DNA of 64,000 bases from an uncultured Planctomycetaceae bacterium (GTDB lineage: Bacteria > Planctomycetota > Planctomycetia > Pirellulales > PALSA-1355). Below the pieces are notes generated by a model that worked only from the letters and a program-made list of their open reading frames with translations, searched no databases and was not told the origin of the DNA. The stretch spans positions 256,001-320,000 of the forward strand of contig CAWAUV010000009.1 in NCBI GenBank assembly GCA_963785305.1, written 5' to 3'. The position numbers and the translations under genes are program-made. Of this stretch, positions 29,093 through 41,140 are shown piece after piece (positions within the stretch are counted from its first letter, which is position 1; the number at the start of each line of letters is the position of its first letter).

Positions 29093-30906
29093 GCGCATCG
29101 ATGCCCGCGGGCGGCGCGTTGCTGGCGGCTCGTCCGCGCGAGGAAGAGCAGGAGTCCCACGATCGGCCGCTCGATCTACGCTTGATCGCGCGGCTCTATC
29201 GCTACACGCAGCCGCATGCCTCGGCGCGCAATTGGCTGCTGGTGCTGGTCGTGGCCCGGTCGATTCAGTTGCCGGCCCTAAGCTGGATGATCGCGGCGAT
29301 TATCAAGGGGCCGATCACGCGCGGCGATTATTCCGGCACGCTCACCGGCGTGGGCGGATTCGTGGCGCTGGCCGTGGTCACGCAGATTTGCATGCACTAC
29401 CGCCAGCGGCTGGCGATGGAGCTCGGCGAATGCGTGGTGCATGATCTGCGCCGCGATCTGTTCGCTCAATTGCAAGCGATGCCCATGAGCTTTTTTCATC
29501 GCACTCGCCTCGGACGGATCATCAGCCGCATGACCACCGATGTGGAATATGTGCGGATGGGCGTGCAGGATGTGCTGTTCGTGAGCTTGGTGCAGTTGGG
29601 GCAAATGCTCGTGGCAGCCGCGTGCATGCTGTGGTACGACGCCAAGCTGTTCATCTTGGTCGCGCTCGTGGCCCCGGCCTTGTGGCAGTTGAATCGCTAT
29701 TTCAACCGCCGGCTCAGCAAGTCGCATCGCGAAGTGCAGGAATCTTTCAGCCGCGTGACCGCCACGCTGGCCGAGAGCGTGGCCGGGATGCACGTCACGC
29801 AGGCCTTCGTGCGCCAACAAGCCAACGCGGACATGTTCACGCGGTTGGTCGAAAATCACGCCGTCTACAACTTGCGTCTCACCAGGACCCAGGCGCTGTT
29901 TCAGCAATTGCTCGATCTGAACAATCAGGCCTTTATCGCCGTGCTCCTCCTGATGGGCGGGTATCAAGTGCTCAGCACGCACGGCGCCGTGGAAGTCGGC
30001 TCGCTGATGGGGTTCTTCTTCATGGCCGGGCTGTTCTTCATGCCGATCTCCGGGCTCGGAACTCAGTATCATCACGCCCTCACCGCCATGGCTGGCGCCG
30101 AGCGGGTGTTCGCAATGCTCGACACGCCGCCCGAATGGGTCGATTCGGGGGTGGCCCATGACTTGCCGCCGGTGCGCGGCCGAGTCGAGTTTCGCAAGGT
30201 CGACTTTGGCTACGATCCCCAGCGGCTCGTGCTCCGCGAGATCGACTTTGTCGTCGAGCCGGGGCAAAGCGTGGCGCTGGTGGGCCACACGGGCGGCGGC
30301 AAGAGCTCGATCATGAACCTCTTGACGAAGTTTTACCGCCCGACGCATGGCAGCGTGCTGATCGATGGACATGATCTGGCCGATGTCACGGCCCGCAGCC
30401 TGCGACGGCAAGTCGGGCTCGTGTGGCAGCAAAACTTTCTCTTTAGCGGCACGCTGCTCGACAATGTGCGCATCGCCCGGCCCGAGGCGAGCGCCGGCGA
30501 GGCGCAAGCCGTGTTCGAGCGGCTCGGCTGTTGGGATTTGTTCGCGGCGATGCCCGAGGGCCTGGCGACCGAAGTGGGCGAGCGCGGGGCGAACCTTTCG
30601 CTCGGGCAGCGGCAGCTCGCCTGCTTTGCCCGCGCCATGATTCTCGACCCCGCGATCGTGCTGCTCGACGAAGCGACGGCGAGCGTCGACCCGGCGACCG
30701 AAAGCCGCTTGCAAGAAGCGCTCGCGGCGCTGCTTCGCGGCCGCACCAGCTTCGTGGTCGCCCATCGGCTGAGCACGATTCGCCATGCCGATCTCGTGCT
30801 GACGATCGACCACGGCCGGATTGTCGAGTCGGGCAACCATCGTTCCTTGATGTCGCTCGACGGGCTGTACGCTAAACTCTATCATCGCTTCGCCCACGCC
30901 GGCTGA
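29089..30906 (+). CDS. ABC exporter half (TMD+NBD), partner subunit
   Basis: ATGA overlap; GHTGGGKS, LSLGQRQ, LLDEAT, AHRLSTI. Confidence 0.9.
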   Translation: MSASMPAGGALLAARPREEEQESHDRPLDLRLIARLYRYTQPHASARNWLLVLVVARSIQLPALSWMIAAIIKGPITRGDYSGTLTGVGGFVALAVVTQICMHYRQRLAMELGECVVHDLRRDLFAQLQAMPMSFFHRTRLGRIISRMTTDVEYVRMGVQDVLFVSLVQLGQMLVAAACMLWYDAKLFILVALVAPALWQLNRYFNRRLSKSHREVQESFSRVTATLAESVAGMHVTQAFVRQQANADMFTRLVENHAVYNLRLTRTQALFQQLLDLNNQAFIAVLLLMGGYQVLSTHGAVEVGSLMGFFFMAGLFFMPISGLGTQYHHALTAMAGAERVFAMLDTPPEWVDSGVAHDLPPVRGRVEFRKVDFGYDPQRLVLREIDFVVEPGQSVALVGHTGGGKSSIMNLLTKFYRPTHGSVLIDGHDLADVTARSLRRQVGLVWQQNFLFSGTLLDNVRIARPEASAGEAQAVFERLGCWDLFAAMPEGLATEVGERGANLSLGQRQLACFARAMILDPAIVLLDEATASVDPATESRLQEALAALLRGRTSFVVAHRLSTIRHADLVLTIDHGRIVESGNHRSLMSLDGLYAKLYHRFAHAG

Positions 30907-31047
30907 TGGGCGGACGGCGATGCGCGCGCCCGGACGTTGCCCCGGCCGTTGCCGCGGGCAAGGAGCGACGCCGCGCGTCGCGGGCGAGCGCGGGTCCTTC
31001 GCGATTGGTTCGTGTTAATCGCTTTTTTCCACGAGACTCCCACTTTC

Positions 31048-32588
31048 ATGCAACGAGCCGTTTTTCGATTCTTCTCGCGCTCGACGCTGCTGATCGGGCT
31101 CGTCGTCGGCGCGTCGCCGCCCGGCGGCGCACTGGGCGACACGCTCGATGCGATCCGCGCTCGCGGCGAGCTTGTCTGGGGCGCCGATATCGAGGGTGGT
31201 GGACCCTATATCTATGTCGATCCCAGCGACTCGAACAAAGCGGCTGGCTTCGAGGTCGATCTGGCCAATGCGCTTCGCGCTTGAATTGGGCGTGAAGGCC
31301 CGTTTCCATCAAGTGAACTGGGACAATTTGCCGGCTTCGCTCACTGCCGGCGGGATTGACATAATTCTCAACGGTTACGAGCTCACGGCCTCGCGCGCGT
31401 GCGCATGGCCCATACCCGGCCGTATTACATCTATGAACTCGCGCTGCTTGGGCGGCGCGGCAATGAGCAATTGCGAGATTGGAATGATCTGGCCCGGGAA
31501 ATCGATGGCCATTGCCCGCGAGTCGGAGTGCTGGGCGGCTCGGCGCGAGCATCTATCTCAAGAAGCGGTTCGACGATCGCATCGAACAGCGCATCTATAC
31601 CAGTTCGACCGAAGCGATGCTGGAAGTGAAAACCGGCAAGATCGACGCCACCGTGGCCGATCTGCCAGCCGTGGTATTTTATCGCGACCGCTTTCCCACC
31701 CTCGAACGCTTGGGCCCGCTCGAGGGCCGCGGCGAATATGTGATTTATCTCCGCCCTGAAGACGCGCGTCTGCGCGCTGCGCTCGACGCCGCGCTCGCCA
31801 AGCTACTGAAGTCCGGCGAGATACAGCGCATCGATAAGCGTTATGGAATCTGGACTCCGGCCCAAGAAGACCTAGAGCGCGAGGCCGGCAAGAGCGACGC
31901 CGAGCGGGGTCTCGTGGCGGTGAATTTACATGGCTGGGGCGTGATCCGTGATCGCGGCTGGCTCCTGGTGCAATCGGCCGGCGTGACCGTGACGCTCGCT
32001 TGCTGCTCGATGCCGCTCGCGATGGCGCTGGGCCTGCTGGTGGCGATTGTTCGGCTTTATGGGCCGGCGCCCTTGCGATGGCTGGCGATCGGTTATGTCG
32101 AGCTGCTCCGCGGCACGCCGCTGATGCTGCAACTATTCGTGATTTACTATGCCCCGAGCGAATTCGGCGTGCATATTCCGGCGTGGAACGCGGCGATTCT
32201 CGGCTTGGCAGTCAATTACTCGGCTGCCGAAGCCGAGAATTATCGCGCCGGGCTTCAAGCCGTTTCGCGCGGACAAATGGAAGCGGCCCTCGCCCTCGGC
32301 ATGTCGCCGGCCATGGCCTTGCGGCGGGTGATCGTGCCGCAGGCCGTGCGAATCGTGATTCCGCCGGTGACGAACGATTTCATCGCGCTCTTCAAGGACA
32401 CGTCGGTCTGCTCGGTCATCACGGTGGTCGAGCTCACGAAACAGTATTCGATTCAGATCAACGACACCGGCGCCACGCTCGAGATCGCCGCGCTCACGGC
32501 CGCGCTCTATCTGGTGATGAGCGTGCCGCTGGCCCGCGTGGCCCATCTCATGGAACGCCGGCTCGACGGCAACCGGAGGCGGCCATGA
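31048..32588 (+). CDS. Polar amino-acid ABC transporter, fused substrate-binding protein plus permease (frameshifted)
   Basis: GELVWGADIEGGGPY, GFEVDLA; permease RGTPLMLQL, AENYRAG...GQMEAALALG, FKDTS. Confidence 0.85.
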
Positions 32589-33334
32589 TCGCGATTCGGG
32601 GTCTTGTCAAGAAATTCGGCGATCACACGGTGCTCGACCAGGTGTCGCTCGATGTCCGCCAGGGCGAAGTGGCGGTGATCGTGGGCGCCTCGGGTAGCGG
32701 CAAGAGCACGCTGTTGCGTTCGATCAATGGGCTAGAAACGTTCGACGCCGGCAGCGTGGCCGTGGGCGATCTCGTCATCGATGCCCAGCTTGCCCCGGCC
32801 GAACGCAAGCGGCGGCTATCGCTCGTTCGCCGCCGGGCCGGCATGGTGTTTCAGCAGTTCAATCTGTTTCCGCATCGCACCGTGCTGGGCAATGTGATCG
32901 AGGGCCCCGTGGTGGTGCTCGGCCAATCTCGCGACGAAGCGACCGCCATCGCCCGCAAGCTGCTCGAACGCGTTGGCCTGCTCACGATGCAAGACCGCCG
33001 GCCCGATACGCTCTCGGGCGGCCAGCAGCAGCGAGTGGCGATTGCCCGGGCCCTGGCGATGAGCCCGCAAGTGATGCTGTTCGACGAGCCGACGAGCGCG
33101 CTCGATCCGCACATGGCGGCGGAAGTGGAATCGGTGATTGCCGACCTAGCCCAAAGCGGACAAACGATGCTGGTGGTGACGCACTCAATGCGCCTCGCCC
33201 GCCGCGGGGCCCACACGCTGCATGTGTTCGGCGAAGGGCGAATTCAAGAATCGGGCGAACCGGAGCGGATTTTCACATCGCCCAACTCGGCGGCCGCGCG
33301 GCGATTCTTGCAAGCGGTCGACTCGCCACGGTAG
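32585..33334 (+). CDS. Polar amino-acid ABC transporter ATP-binding protein (GlnQ type)
   Basis: GASGSGKS, FQQFNLFPH, LSGGQQQRVAIARAL, FDEPTSALDP. Confidence 0.92.
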   Translation: MIAIRGLVKKFGDHTVLDQVSLDVRQGEVAVIVGASGSGKSTLLRSINGLETFDAGSVAVGDLVIDAQLAPAERKRRLSLVRRRAGMVFQQFNLFPHRTVLGNVIEGPVVVLGQSRDEATAIARKLLERVGLLTMQDRRPDTLSGGQQQRVAIARALAMSPQVMLFDEPTSALDPHMAAEVESVIADLAQSGQTMLVVTHSMRLARRGAHTLHVFGEGRIQESGEPERIFTSPNSAAARRFLQAVDSPR

Positions 33335-33401
33335 TCAGGCGCGGTTCGTGCCGCGGCATTGGGGCCGCGCCATCCGAGCGACTCGCGGCGCCATGCGCGC
33401 G

Positions 33402-34130
33402 TCATTCGGTGAGCGCCAGCAGGGAATAGCCGCCGACGAGTCGGGCGGCCCAGCTGGTGGGCAGCAAACGTCGCACCGGGTTTATCAAGCGAGTGCGGAG
33501 CAGTTTGCCGCATTCGAGGCCGACCGGCGTGTACAGCCAATCGACGACGCGGTGACCGGTGTAGCGCAGCGCGGCCAGCGCGGTCGAGGTGGAGAAGTGG
33601 TGGATGTGCCCCACGACGTAGCCGCGGTCGAGGCCATCGCGCAGCGCGGTTGTGCAGGTGATCTCGAGCGGAATGTGATAGACCTTGTAGCTCGCCTTGT
33701 CGCGAGTCCGACGCAAGAAAGCGAAGCAGTCTTCGACATGCTCGATCACATCCATCACCATTGCCAGGTCATAGCACTCGGGCGATGTAAACGCATCGCC
33801 CAGAATAAATCGCAAGTTCGGGCGCGCGAACCGCTGACTCAGGGCGTGGGCCGCCGGGCTGATCTCGTAGCCGGTGAGGTCGACATCGGCGCCCCAGGCA
33901 TCGCCGAGCGCGGCAAGAATACCCCCGGCGCCGCAGCCGATTTCACATACCCGTCGCGGGGCGAGGTTGTTACGTTCCACGAGCCGGGCCACATGGCGAG
34001 CCTTGAACGGCGAATCCTCCAGGTGCCATGTGCCGGCGGTGCGGCTCAGATATTCGTTTCCGGTGTAAAGCGAAATATCGCCCTGGGCAGCGGAGGTAGC
34101 GGTTGCCATCGGCATGGATACGTCTTTCAT
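33402..34130 (-). CDS. Class I SAM-dependent methyltransferase
   Basis: EIGCGAG motif I, DVIEHV; ATGA overlap with the upstream glycosyltransferase. Confidence 0.85.
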   Translation of the reverse strand: MKDVSMPMATATSAAQGDISLYTGNEYLSRTAGTWHLEDSPFKARHVARLVERNNLAPRRVCEIGCGAGGILAALGDAWGADVDLTGYEISPAAHALSQRFARPNLRFILGDAFTSPECYDLAMVMDVIEHVEDCFAFLRRTRDKASYKVYHIPLEITCTTALRDGLDRGYVVGHIHHFSTSTALAALRYTGHRVVDWLYTPVGLECGKLLRTRLINPVRRLLPTSWAARLVGGYSLLALTE

Positions 34131-35296
34131 GAAAATTGGGGACAATCGGGGCGCCGAGCGAGTCGGCAATAGACTTCTTCGAGCGCGTGCCAATAATCGT
34201 GGGGTTGGAAACAGCGCACGATTCGCCGCCGTCCGGCGGCGCCATGCGCGGCCGCGAGCTCGCGGTCGTTTAGATAGCGATCGATCGCCAGCGCGAGCGC
34301 TTGGGCGTCGCGAGGGGGCACGAGCGTGCCGGTCTCGCCATCGGCGACCGAATCGACGCAGCCGGGAATTCGGGTCGCCACGACGGCAAGCCCCATCGAC
34401 GACGCCTCGGCATTGGCCACGCCAAACCCTTCGCGATGCGAGGGATTGACGAACAGGTCCATCATGGCCAAGTGCGAGGGAACATCGTCGACCATGCCGG
34501 CGCGATGCACGTGCGCGTCGCCGCGCAATCGCTCCAGCACTTCGACCGGCAGCCCATCGGCCGCTTCTTCGGGCCCCACGAGCAGCAGATGCAATTTCGC
34601 ATGGCGCTGGCGCAGCGATCGCCACGCCGTCTCGAGCTCGAGCAAGCCCTTGTCGCGCACCAGGCGGCCCACGAAGCCGAGCACCAATTCATCGGGCTCG
34701 ATGCCATGGCGAGCTCGAACCGATGCGCGCATCTCGGCCGAAAATCGCGCCGGGCAAAAACGCTCCCCGCTATCGACCCCGCCGACGCTGCCGTGGCCGA
34801 GCACGAACACTTTGTCGGCCCGACATAGCCGCGCGGCGATCAGGTGATCGCGCATCGAGGGGCTGTCGCACCAAACCCGATCGGCCAAGGCGCAGCTCAG
34901 GCGCGTGGTCGCATTGAGCACCGCTCCGATCGGCCCGCGGCGCGTCATCTGCGGCAGTCCGAAGACCGACAGCGCCACCGCCGGCACTCCCATCAGCCGC
35001 GCGGCGAGCGTGCCCAAGAGGCCGGCTTTCGGGGTGTGACAATGCACGATGTCGGGCCGAATTGCATCGAGCGCTTCGCAAAGCCGCGCGAGTGACACGA
35101 GATCGGCCAATGGTCGCATTTGCCGCGCCATCGCCACGCCGTGCGCGGGAATCCGTTCCTCGGCCGCGAACCGATCGAGCATCTCTCCGGGCGACGAGAC
35201 CACATGCAGCGAATACCCGCGCTCGCGGAGATGCGCGCAGTGGGCTCGCAGAAAGATCAATGTTTGCGGAACGGTAGTGATTTGCGTGATGCGCAT
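34127..35296 (-). CDS. GT4 family glycosyltransferase
   Basis: HCHTPKAGLLG, FVGRLVRDKG, PSHREGFGVANAEA (EX7E). Confidence 0.9.
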   Translation of the reverse strand: MRITQITTVPQTLIFLRAHCAHLRERGYSLHVVSSPGEMLDRFAAEERIPAHGVAMARQMRPLADLVSLARLCEALDAIRPDIVHCHTPKAGLLGTLAARLMGVPAVALSVFGLPQMTRRGPIGAVLNATTRLSCALADRVWCDSPSMRDHLIAARLCRADKVFVLGHGSVGGVDSGERFCPARFSAEMRASVRARHGIEPDELVLGFVGRLVRDKGLLELETAWRSLRQRHAKLHLLLVGPEEAADGLPVEVLERLRGDAHVHRAGMVDDVPSHLAMMDLFVNPSHREGFGVANAEASSMGLAVVATRIPGCVDSVADGETGTLVPPRDAQALALAIDRYLNDRELAAAHGAAGRRRIVRCFQPHDYWHALEEVYCRLARRPDCPQFS

Positions 35297-35907
35297 CGAG
35301 AGGTCATTCCAAGGGGATCGTCTGGCCGGCGAGTCGCCGTGGGCAGGCATTCGTCGGTGGCCCGCACACCCCGCCGGCCAAACACCGTGGCCACCGTGGC
35401 CGCGAGAATCTTGAGATCGAGCCCGAGGGACGCATGATCGACATACCAAACATCGAGCGCCAGTTTGTCGTTCCAAGCCAGGTCATTGCGGCCGTTGATC
35501 TGCGCCCAGCCGGTGATGCCCGGCCGCATTTCATGGCGGCGGCGCTGCTCGGGCGTGTAATGTTCGAGATAGGCCATGAGCAGCGGCCTGGGGCCGACGA
35601 GACTCATTTCTCCTCGAAGCACATTCACCAGTTCCGGAAGTTCGTCGAGGCTCGTCTTGCGCAAGAAGGCGCCGAGCCGGCTGGTGCGCCGCTCGTCGTC
35701 CACGAGATCGCCGAGGGCATCGCGTTCGCCGCGCATCGTGCGAAATTTAAGCAGCGTGAATGGGCGATCGAATCGACCCGGTCGTCGATGGCGAAAAAGC
35801 ACCGGGCCACCGAGCGTGGCGCGAACAGCCACGGCGACCGCCAGAATCAGCGGACTGAGTGCCGCAAGCGCAACGGCGCTGACCACGACATCGAACAATC
35901 GTTTCAT
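35257..35907 (-). CDS. Priming phosphoglycosyl transferase (PglC / bacterial sugar transferase family)
   Basis: MKRLFD, KFRTM, SLDELPEL, MSLVGPRP, RPGITGWAQINGRN. Confidence 0.92.
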   Translation of the reverse strand: MKRLFDVVVSAVALAALSPLILAVAVAVRATLGGPVLFRHRRPGRFDRPFTLLKFRTMRGERDALGDLVDDERRTSRLGAFLRKTSLDELPELVNVLRGEMSLVGPRPLLMAYLEHYTPEQRRRHEMRPGITGWAQINGRNDLAWNDKLALDVWYVDHASLGLDLKILAATVATVFGRRGVRATDECLPTATRRPDDPLGMTSRCASRKSLPFRKH

Positions 35908-36918
35908 GGGACGATCCGGGGTTGATTTTGCATTTCGCGCCAGCGGGCGACCATTTGCTCAAGGCCTTCTTCCATCGACACTCGATGTTCGTAACCGAGG
36001 CCCGACACGATTGCGTCGCAGGCATAGCGAGCGCGTTGGGTCAGCGCCGCGACGCGGGCCTCGGTCAGCGGCAAACACGGCCACGACCTCGCGGCTCGCG
36101 CCGCGAGACGCATCGGCACGGCGGGCGCCCGCAGTCGGGGCGAAGGCCGGCCAAGCGCGTGGGCGATGGCGCCGACAAACACTTCGACGGGCCGATAGTC
36201 CGAGAGATTGAACACTTGCCCGCGGGCCTTCGGATCGGCGCCCGAGCGGAACAAAGCCTCGACCACATTGTCGACGAATATGTAATTGGCCGATGCTCCC
36301 GGCGGCCCGATAAACACGAACCAGCCGCGAGCGATGAGCGAAATCCAGGCGAATAGCGAACGATTCGGCATCGTGGGGCCGAACACGATCGTCGGCCTCA
36401 GGATCGTGTGTTCGAACTCGCCGCGCGCGGCGGCTTCGGCCACGAGCGTGTCGGACTCGAGCTTCGTTCGTTCGTAGACGTTCCGAGGTTCGCAGGGCGT
36501 GGTTTCGGTCACGATGCCGGCGCTGGGCTGGCCGTAAACCCCGGCGCTGACCGAGCTGCATCCAGCGGCCGATGTGGCCCGAGGCCGCCGCGACGAGGCG
36601 TCGCGTGCCTTCGACATGCACGGCGGTCATGCGCTCGGGATGTCGCAATTCTCCAGCGCAATGGTAGAGGATATCGGCGCCTTTGGCGAATCGCGAGAGC
36701 GTCGCGACGTCGCCCAGCAGATCGCCTTGCGTGACTTCGACATGACCCGCTCGCGCCGCTCGATCGTGGCCCGGAGCGATTGTCGCCGAGAGAGGCGACG
36801 GCGCGAAATCGAAGGTTGCGCGGCGCGTGAGCACGCGCGCCGTGTCGCCTTGAGCGAGATGGCGCGCCATGAGTCGGCGGCCGATAAAACCGGTCGCTCC
36901 GGTGATGGCGACGATCAT
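35904..36918 (-). CDS. NAD-dependent epimerase/dehydratase (frameshift near 36560)
   Basis: TGATGFIG, YERTK, LRPTIVFGP. Confidence 0.85.
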
Positions 36919-38188
36919 GGCGACGCTCCCTCGGCCGCGCGCGATGTTAAAGCCGACGGGCCATTCGCATCGTGTCGCGCGACCTCTGGTCGAGGAGCCG
37001 GTTGCTGGAGCGCGCGACGCCAAACACGCACGCTTTCGACCAGGAATTCGAGGAACGCACGCCGCCGCTCGCTCAAGAGCTCCTCTCGATAGGCGTGGGC
37101 TTTCTCGAAATTGCGCTCCGCCATTTCGCGGCGCCCCCGAGGGTCGAGCACCACCCGGCGAATCGCGGCGGCTAGCGCGGCGCTGTTGTCGGGCGGAGTC
37201 ATGTCGTCGTCCGCGAGTAGTTCCGGAATGCCACCCACGCGCGAGGCCAAGCAAGGCAACCCTCGGGCCATGGCTTCGACCAGCGCTCGGGGCAGCCCTT
37301 CGGTTCGCGAGGGCAACACAAAGAGATCGGCGGCGTCGAGCCGTTCGCGCACTGCGGCGCCCGAGGGCAGTTGTCCGAGAAACTCGACACGATCGGCCAC
37401 GCCGGCGCGAAGCGATTGCGCTTCGAGTCGTGGTCGATAGCGTCCATCGCCGACGAGGGTCAATCGCACTCGAGGCCGAAGATCACGGAGCAGCGCCAGG
37501 GCATCGATCAAGGTGTCGAAGCCTTTGTAGAGCTGCGACATCGCCCCGACGCTCGCGACGACAAACTCCGCCCGCTCCGCGCCGCTGGCGACCGGCGGCG
37601 GGCGAAACGCCTCGGGCCGCAGGTCCACATCGGACACTCCGAACATGGCGGCGGGACAGGGGTAGGTCGCCTGAAGTTGCGATTGGGTCACATAGAGCGC
37701 GGCCGCGGCGCGGCGCATTGGGCTCGCAGTCGCGCCACGCTCCAGGAGCGCAACAGCGGACGAAGCGGATGGCGAACAATGCCCGGCGCGAAGATTTGAT
37801 GCGGATCGCCCAGCGTCTGCACTCCATAGGGTCGGCCGGGCGCGAGCGCCGATTCCAAGCAACAGGCAATGCGGCCGGGCGCGTTGAGAATCACGGCGTC
37901 GGCGGGCGCGAGCGCTCGGCGAACGGTGCGTGCGCCACATGACCGCGGCGCGATAAATATTGCCATGGACCGGAATAAAACGGAGTGCGCGAGAATGTCA
38001 CATCGGGCCCATCGGCGCAGCGAACGCTCGGGCGGCGCGGGGACCTCCCCCACGCGGGCAATAACATTGACGTGTGCAAACGCCGCGAGGTAGCGGGTCC
38101 AATGGGCATGGTGGCAGGGGCCATCGGTCCAGATTGCGCCGTCGGGCGTGGCGCGAAAACGATATTCCGACGAAATCGACACTCTCAC
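36915..38188 (-). CDS. GT4 family glycosyltransferase (frameshifted)
   Basis: YKGFDTLIDA, PSRTEGLPRALVEAMA, VGGIPEL. Confidence 0.85.
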
Positions 38189-38200
38189 TCGCGAGCCTCC

Positions 38201-39784
38201 TCAGTCTTCCGACGCGGACCTGTTTGCCAGCTCGAGCGCGCTCCAAACGCGCCGCGAACCGAGGGCGACGATCGCCGCCGGCACGAAGCCCTCTTTAACC
38301 ACGTAAAACACCAACACGTCGCTATCCCACAGCAGCGCCATGAAGGGCAAACTGTAGAGAAGCGGCAGCACGAGAGATCGGCTATCCCCCGGCGCCAAGC
38401 CCAGATACCAACGGCGCGCTACCGCCGCGCCAAATCCCACCAGGGCAAACGACGCCACGGCCCCCAGCACGCCGAAATTCAAGATCGCTTCGCCCGCCAG
38501 CGCGTAAGCAAATGTGCTCGGCATGTCGTTTTCGAACACGCCGGGGCCGAAGAGCAGATCGGTGCCGGGCTTCACTTTGGTCGCCGGCCGGTCGGTCAAG
38601 ACGCCGCGCGGAACGAGCTGGGCCACGGCGCCGAGATAGGTTTCGCCCAGCGCGTAGTCATATGGGGCGATCGAGCTGTCGAGCGAGAGGCGATAGAGCA
38701 TGAAAGCTTGCACATCGCTTCGCGCGAGGTCGCCCAAGAGCACGGCGTCGACGCCGCGCGGGGCGTGGTCCATCAGGTCGGCCCGCGCCGCGGCGCCATC
38801 GAGAGCCTCGAGCGCGTCGACGCCGAAGCTTTTGTAGAATCCATAGGCGTACATGAACACGAGCAAGAACGCGGCGCCCACGGCGAGCAACTGCTTCGAC
38901 ATCGGGCGGCAGCGCTGGTGGAGCACGACCCCCGCCCAAAACAGGCCATAGATCAAGTGCCCTCGGCTGCCGCGCATGCCGCCAAACGCAAACTTGAGCG
39001 CCACGAACCCAGCCAAGATTCCCAACATCACTGGAAGCGTTCTCCGGCGCGGCGCCCGTTCGACCCAGGCCACGGCCGCGAGGAGCGCGACAATGGGCGC
39101 CGACTCGGAGAACATAAAGGTCAGCCCCATGCCGGTGAACTGCTCGGAGCCTTCGCCAAACGCTTCGATATATCCGCCGATGCCGCCGAATTTCGCATAA
39201 GCGAGCGTTTGCAGCACCGTGGCGCCGGCGAGCGAAAGCGCGGCTAGCGGCCAAAAACGCGCGGGCTCTAGCCGCCAATAGCTCTTGGGCCTCATTGGCG
39301 CCGCGAAGCGATCGACCAGTTCGCGCGACACTCGATATGCCAGGAGCCCTAAGAAGTCGACCGCGGCCATGGCCCCCAGCCAGGGGCGCCAATCCTCGGG
39401 CGGCGTGATATACGGCAACCAATAATCGCTCGCCACATGCAGCAGCGGCGCGGCGACGAACAGGTGCGGCCCCAGGATCGCGATGATTGCATAAGGGTCG
39501 AACAGATCGCATTCGCCCCGCATCCAACGGGCCACATCGTCGACCAGCAGCAAGCCGCAAGCCAAAACCGGCGCGACGAACCAGTGGTCGAAGCGAGCGT
39601 CGAGCGCCGCCGTGGCGAGCGCCCCGGCTGCCAGAAGCAGCGACGAAAACGCCATGAGACCGGCCTTGCCGCCGCCAGGGATCCAACGCCAGCGAGATTG
39701 AGATGAAATCGCGGCGCAAGCATCGGCGCCCGCGCTTGGGGGCGCGAACAAGTCGTGTGAGTTGGATTCCGCGGCGCGAAACAT
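38201..39784 (-). CDS. Multi-pass membrane protein, probable Wzy polymerase
   Basis: Many hydrophobic segments; GSRG and GEAILNFG motifs; position within the polysaccharide locus. Confidence 0.7.
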   Translation of the reverse strand: MFRAAESNSHDLFAPPSAGADACAAISSQSRWRWIPGGGKAGLMAFSSLLLAAGALATAALDARFDHWFVAPVLACGLLLVDDVARWMRGECDLFDPYAIIAILGPHLFVAAPLLHVASDYWLPYITPPEDWRPWLGAMAAVDFLGLLAYRVSRELVDRFAAPMRPKSYWRLEPARFWPLAALSLAGATVLQTLAYAKFGGIGGYIEAFGEGSEQFTGMGLTFMFSESAPIVALLAAVAWVERAPRRRTLPVMLGILAGFVALKFAFGGMRGSRGHLIYGLFWAGVVLHQRCRPMSKQLLAVGAAFLLVFMYAYGFYKSFGVDALEALDGAAARADLMDHAPRGVDAVLLGDLARSDVQAFMLYRLSLDSSIAPYDYALGETYLGAVAQLVPRGVLTDRPATKVKPGTDLLFGPGVFENDMPSTFAYALAGEAILNFGVLGAVASFALVGFGAAVARRWYLGLAPGDSRSLVLPLLYSLPFMALLWDSDVLVFYVVKEGFVPAAIVALGSRRVWSALELANRSASED

Positions 39785-39814
39785 GATGATGGTCAGTGGC
39801 CTCGGGAGCTTGAG

Positions 39815-41140
39815 TTAGGCAAAGGTCGATTCGTGGACCGGCGAAATCTTTTCGAGCGTGGGGAGGCAATCCGCCGCGGCGAGATCGCGGAGCATCCGGC
39901 AAACGATCCAAAGCCTCGCGGCCATTTGCCCCGCCGCGGCTAGGCATGTGATCCAGGCCGCGGCGATTCCGCCCGAGTTCGGCAAAAACACGATGCAAGC
40001 AACGGCCATGAGCGCGCCGGCCGCCAGATTCAGCGGAATCTGATCGCGAAAGCGCCGCGCGGGCATATAGCGCATGATCGAGAAAACAGATCAGCGCCGC
40101 GAACGCGGCCGCCGCGACCAGCAAGACAAACTCGCCCAAGTGGGCGCCATATTCGGCCCCATACAGCAGCGAGAGCGCGGGCGACCCGACCGCCGCGCTG
40201 ATCGCCACGCCGACAATGCCGGCCGCGGCGCCTAGGCCGAACATTCGCCACAACAAGCGCTGAAAATCGGCGCCGCGGCCGGTGGCATGGTAGCGTGCTA
40301 GCCGCGGCAGCGCGGCATGCGCCAGCGCTCCCGCGCCCACCGCCCCGGCCAGCGTCACCCAGCTCAAAGCGGCGAAGATCCCCAACTCGCCCGGCCCGCG
40401 GAAAAGCTCCAAGAAGTAGCGGCAAATGTTCGCGTTGAGCGCTCCGCTCATGACCGTCAGCCCCAGGGGCCACGTGAGCGACAACAGTTCGCGCAGAATT
40501 TGCCGCGTCCAACAAGGCCGAAACCACGCGAGAATCGCTCGCGGCTCGGAGAGCGAGGCGCCCGCGCCAGCCGCGCTCCCACCGGCAGGTCGTAAAGCGC
40601 CACGATCGTCGCCATTGCCGCGGCCCATGCCCAGGCGGCCGCGGTTAAATCGTGCGTGAGGTCGAACACGACCGCCAAGGCGAGCAGCCCGAGCGTGCCC
40701 TTGAGCAGTTGCGATTTACCGACGCTGTCCATCCGCTCTTCGCGCTGCATCGTCCCTTGGATCAAATCGCCCAGCGATTCGGCAAGCTTCGTCGCGCCCA
40801 CGGCCAGAATCACGCCGCGACCCGAAGGTTCGCAACACATGGCGACCACGAATATTGCAAGCCCCGCCGCGGCGAGCCCGAGCAATCGAAACGCGAGAAA
40901 GCTTCCAAACCCGATCGCGTCGCCGGTCCGCGAAGCTTGCACCGTGCGAAGCGCGCAGTTGGCCAGCAACACGATCGGAGCCGTGATCGCAACGGCCAAG
41001 GCAAAGCGGCCGACGACCATCGCGTCGCCCCAGCGAGCAAACACGATGATCATTCCCATCTGGCACGCGCTGTACACGATCGTGCTCGACAGCGACCAGA
41101 CGAATCCACGGACCAGGTTCGGCGCCGGCCGCTGAATCAC
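39815..41140 (-). CDS. Wzx-type oligosaccharide flippase (frameshifted)
   Basis: FVWSLSSTIVYSACQ..., LSLTWPLG...NICRYFL...ELGIFAA; GTGA overlap with the aminotransferase stop. Confidence 0.75.

Noticed and set aside
27149..30906. Walker B Asp and LSLGQ signature as signs of inactivation
   Set aside because: This is the normal degenerate/consensus pairing of heterodimeric ABC exporters.
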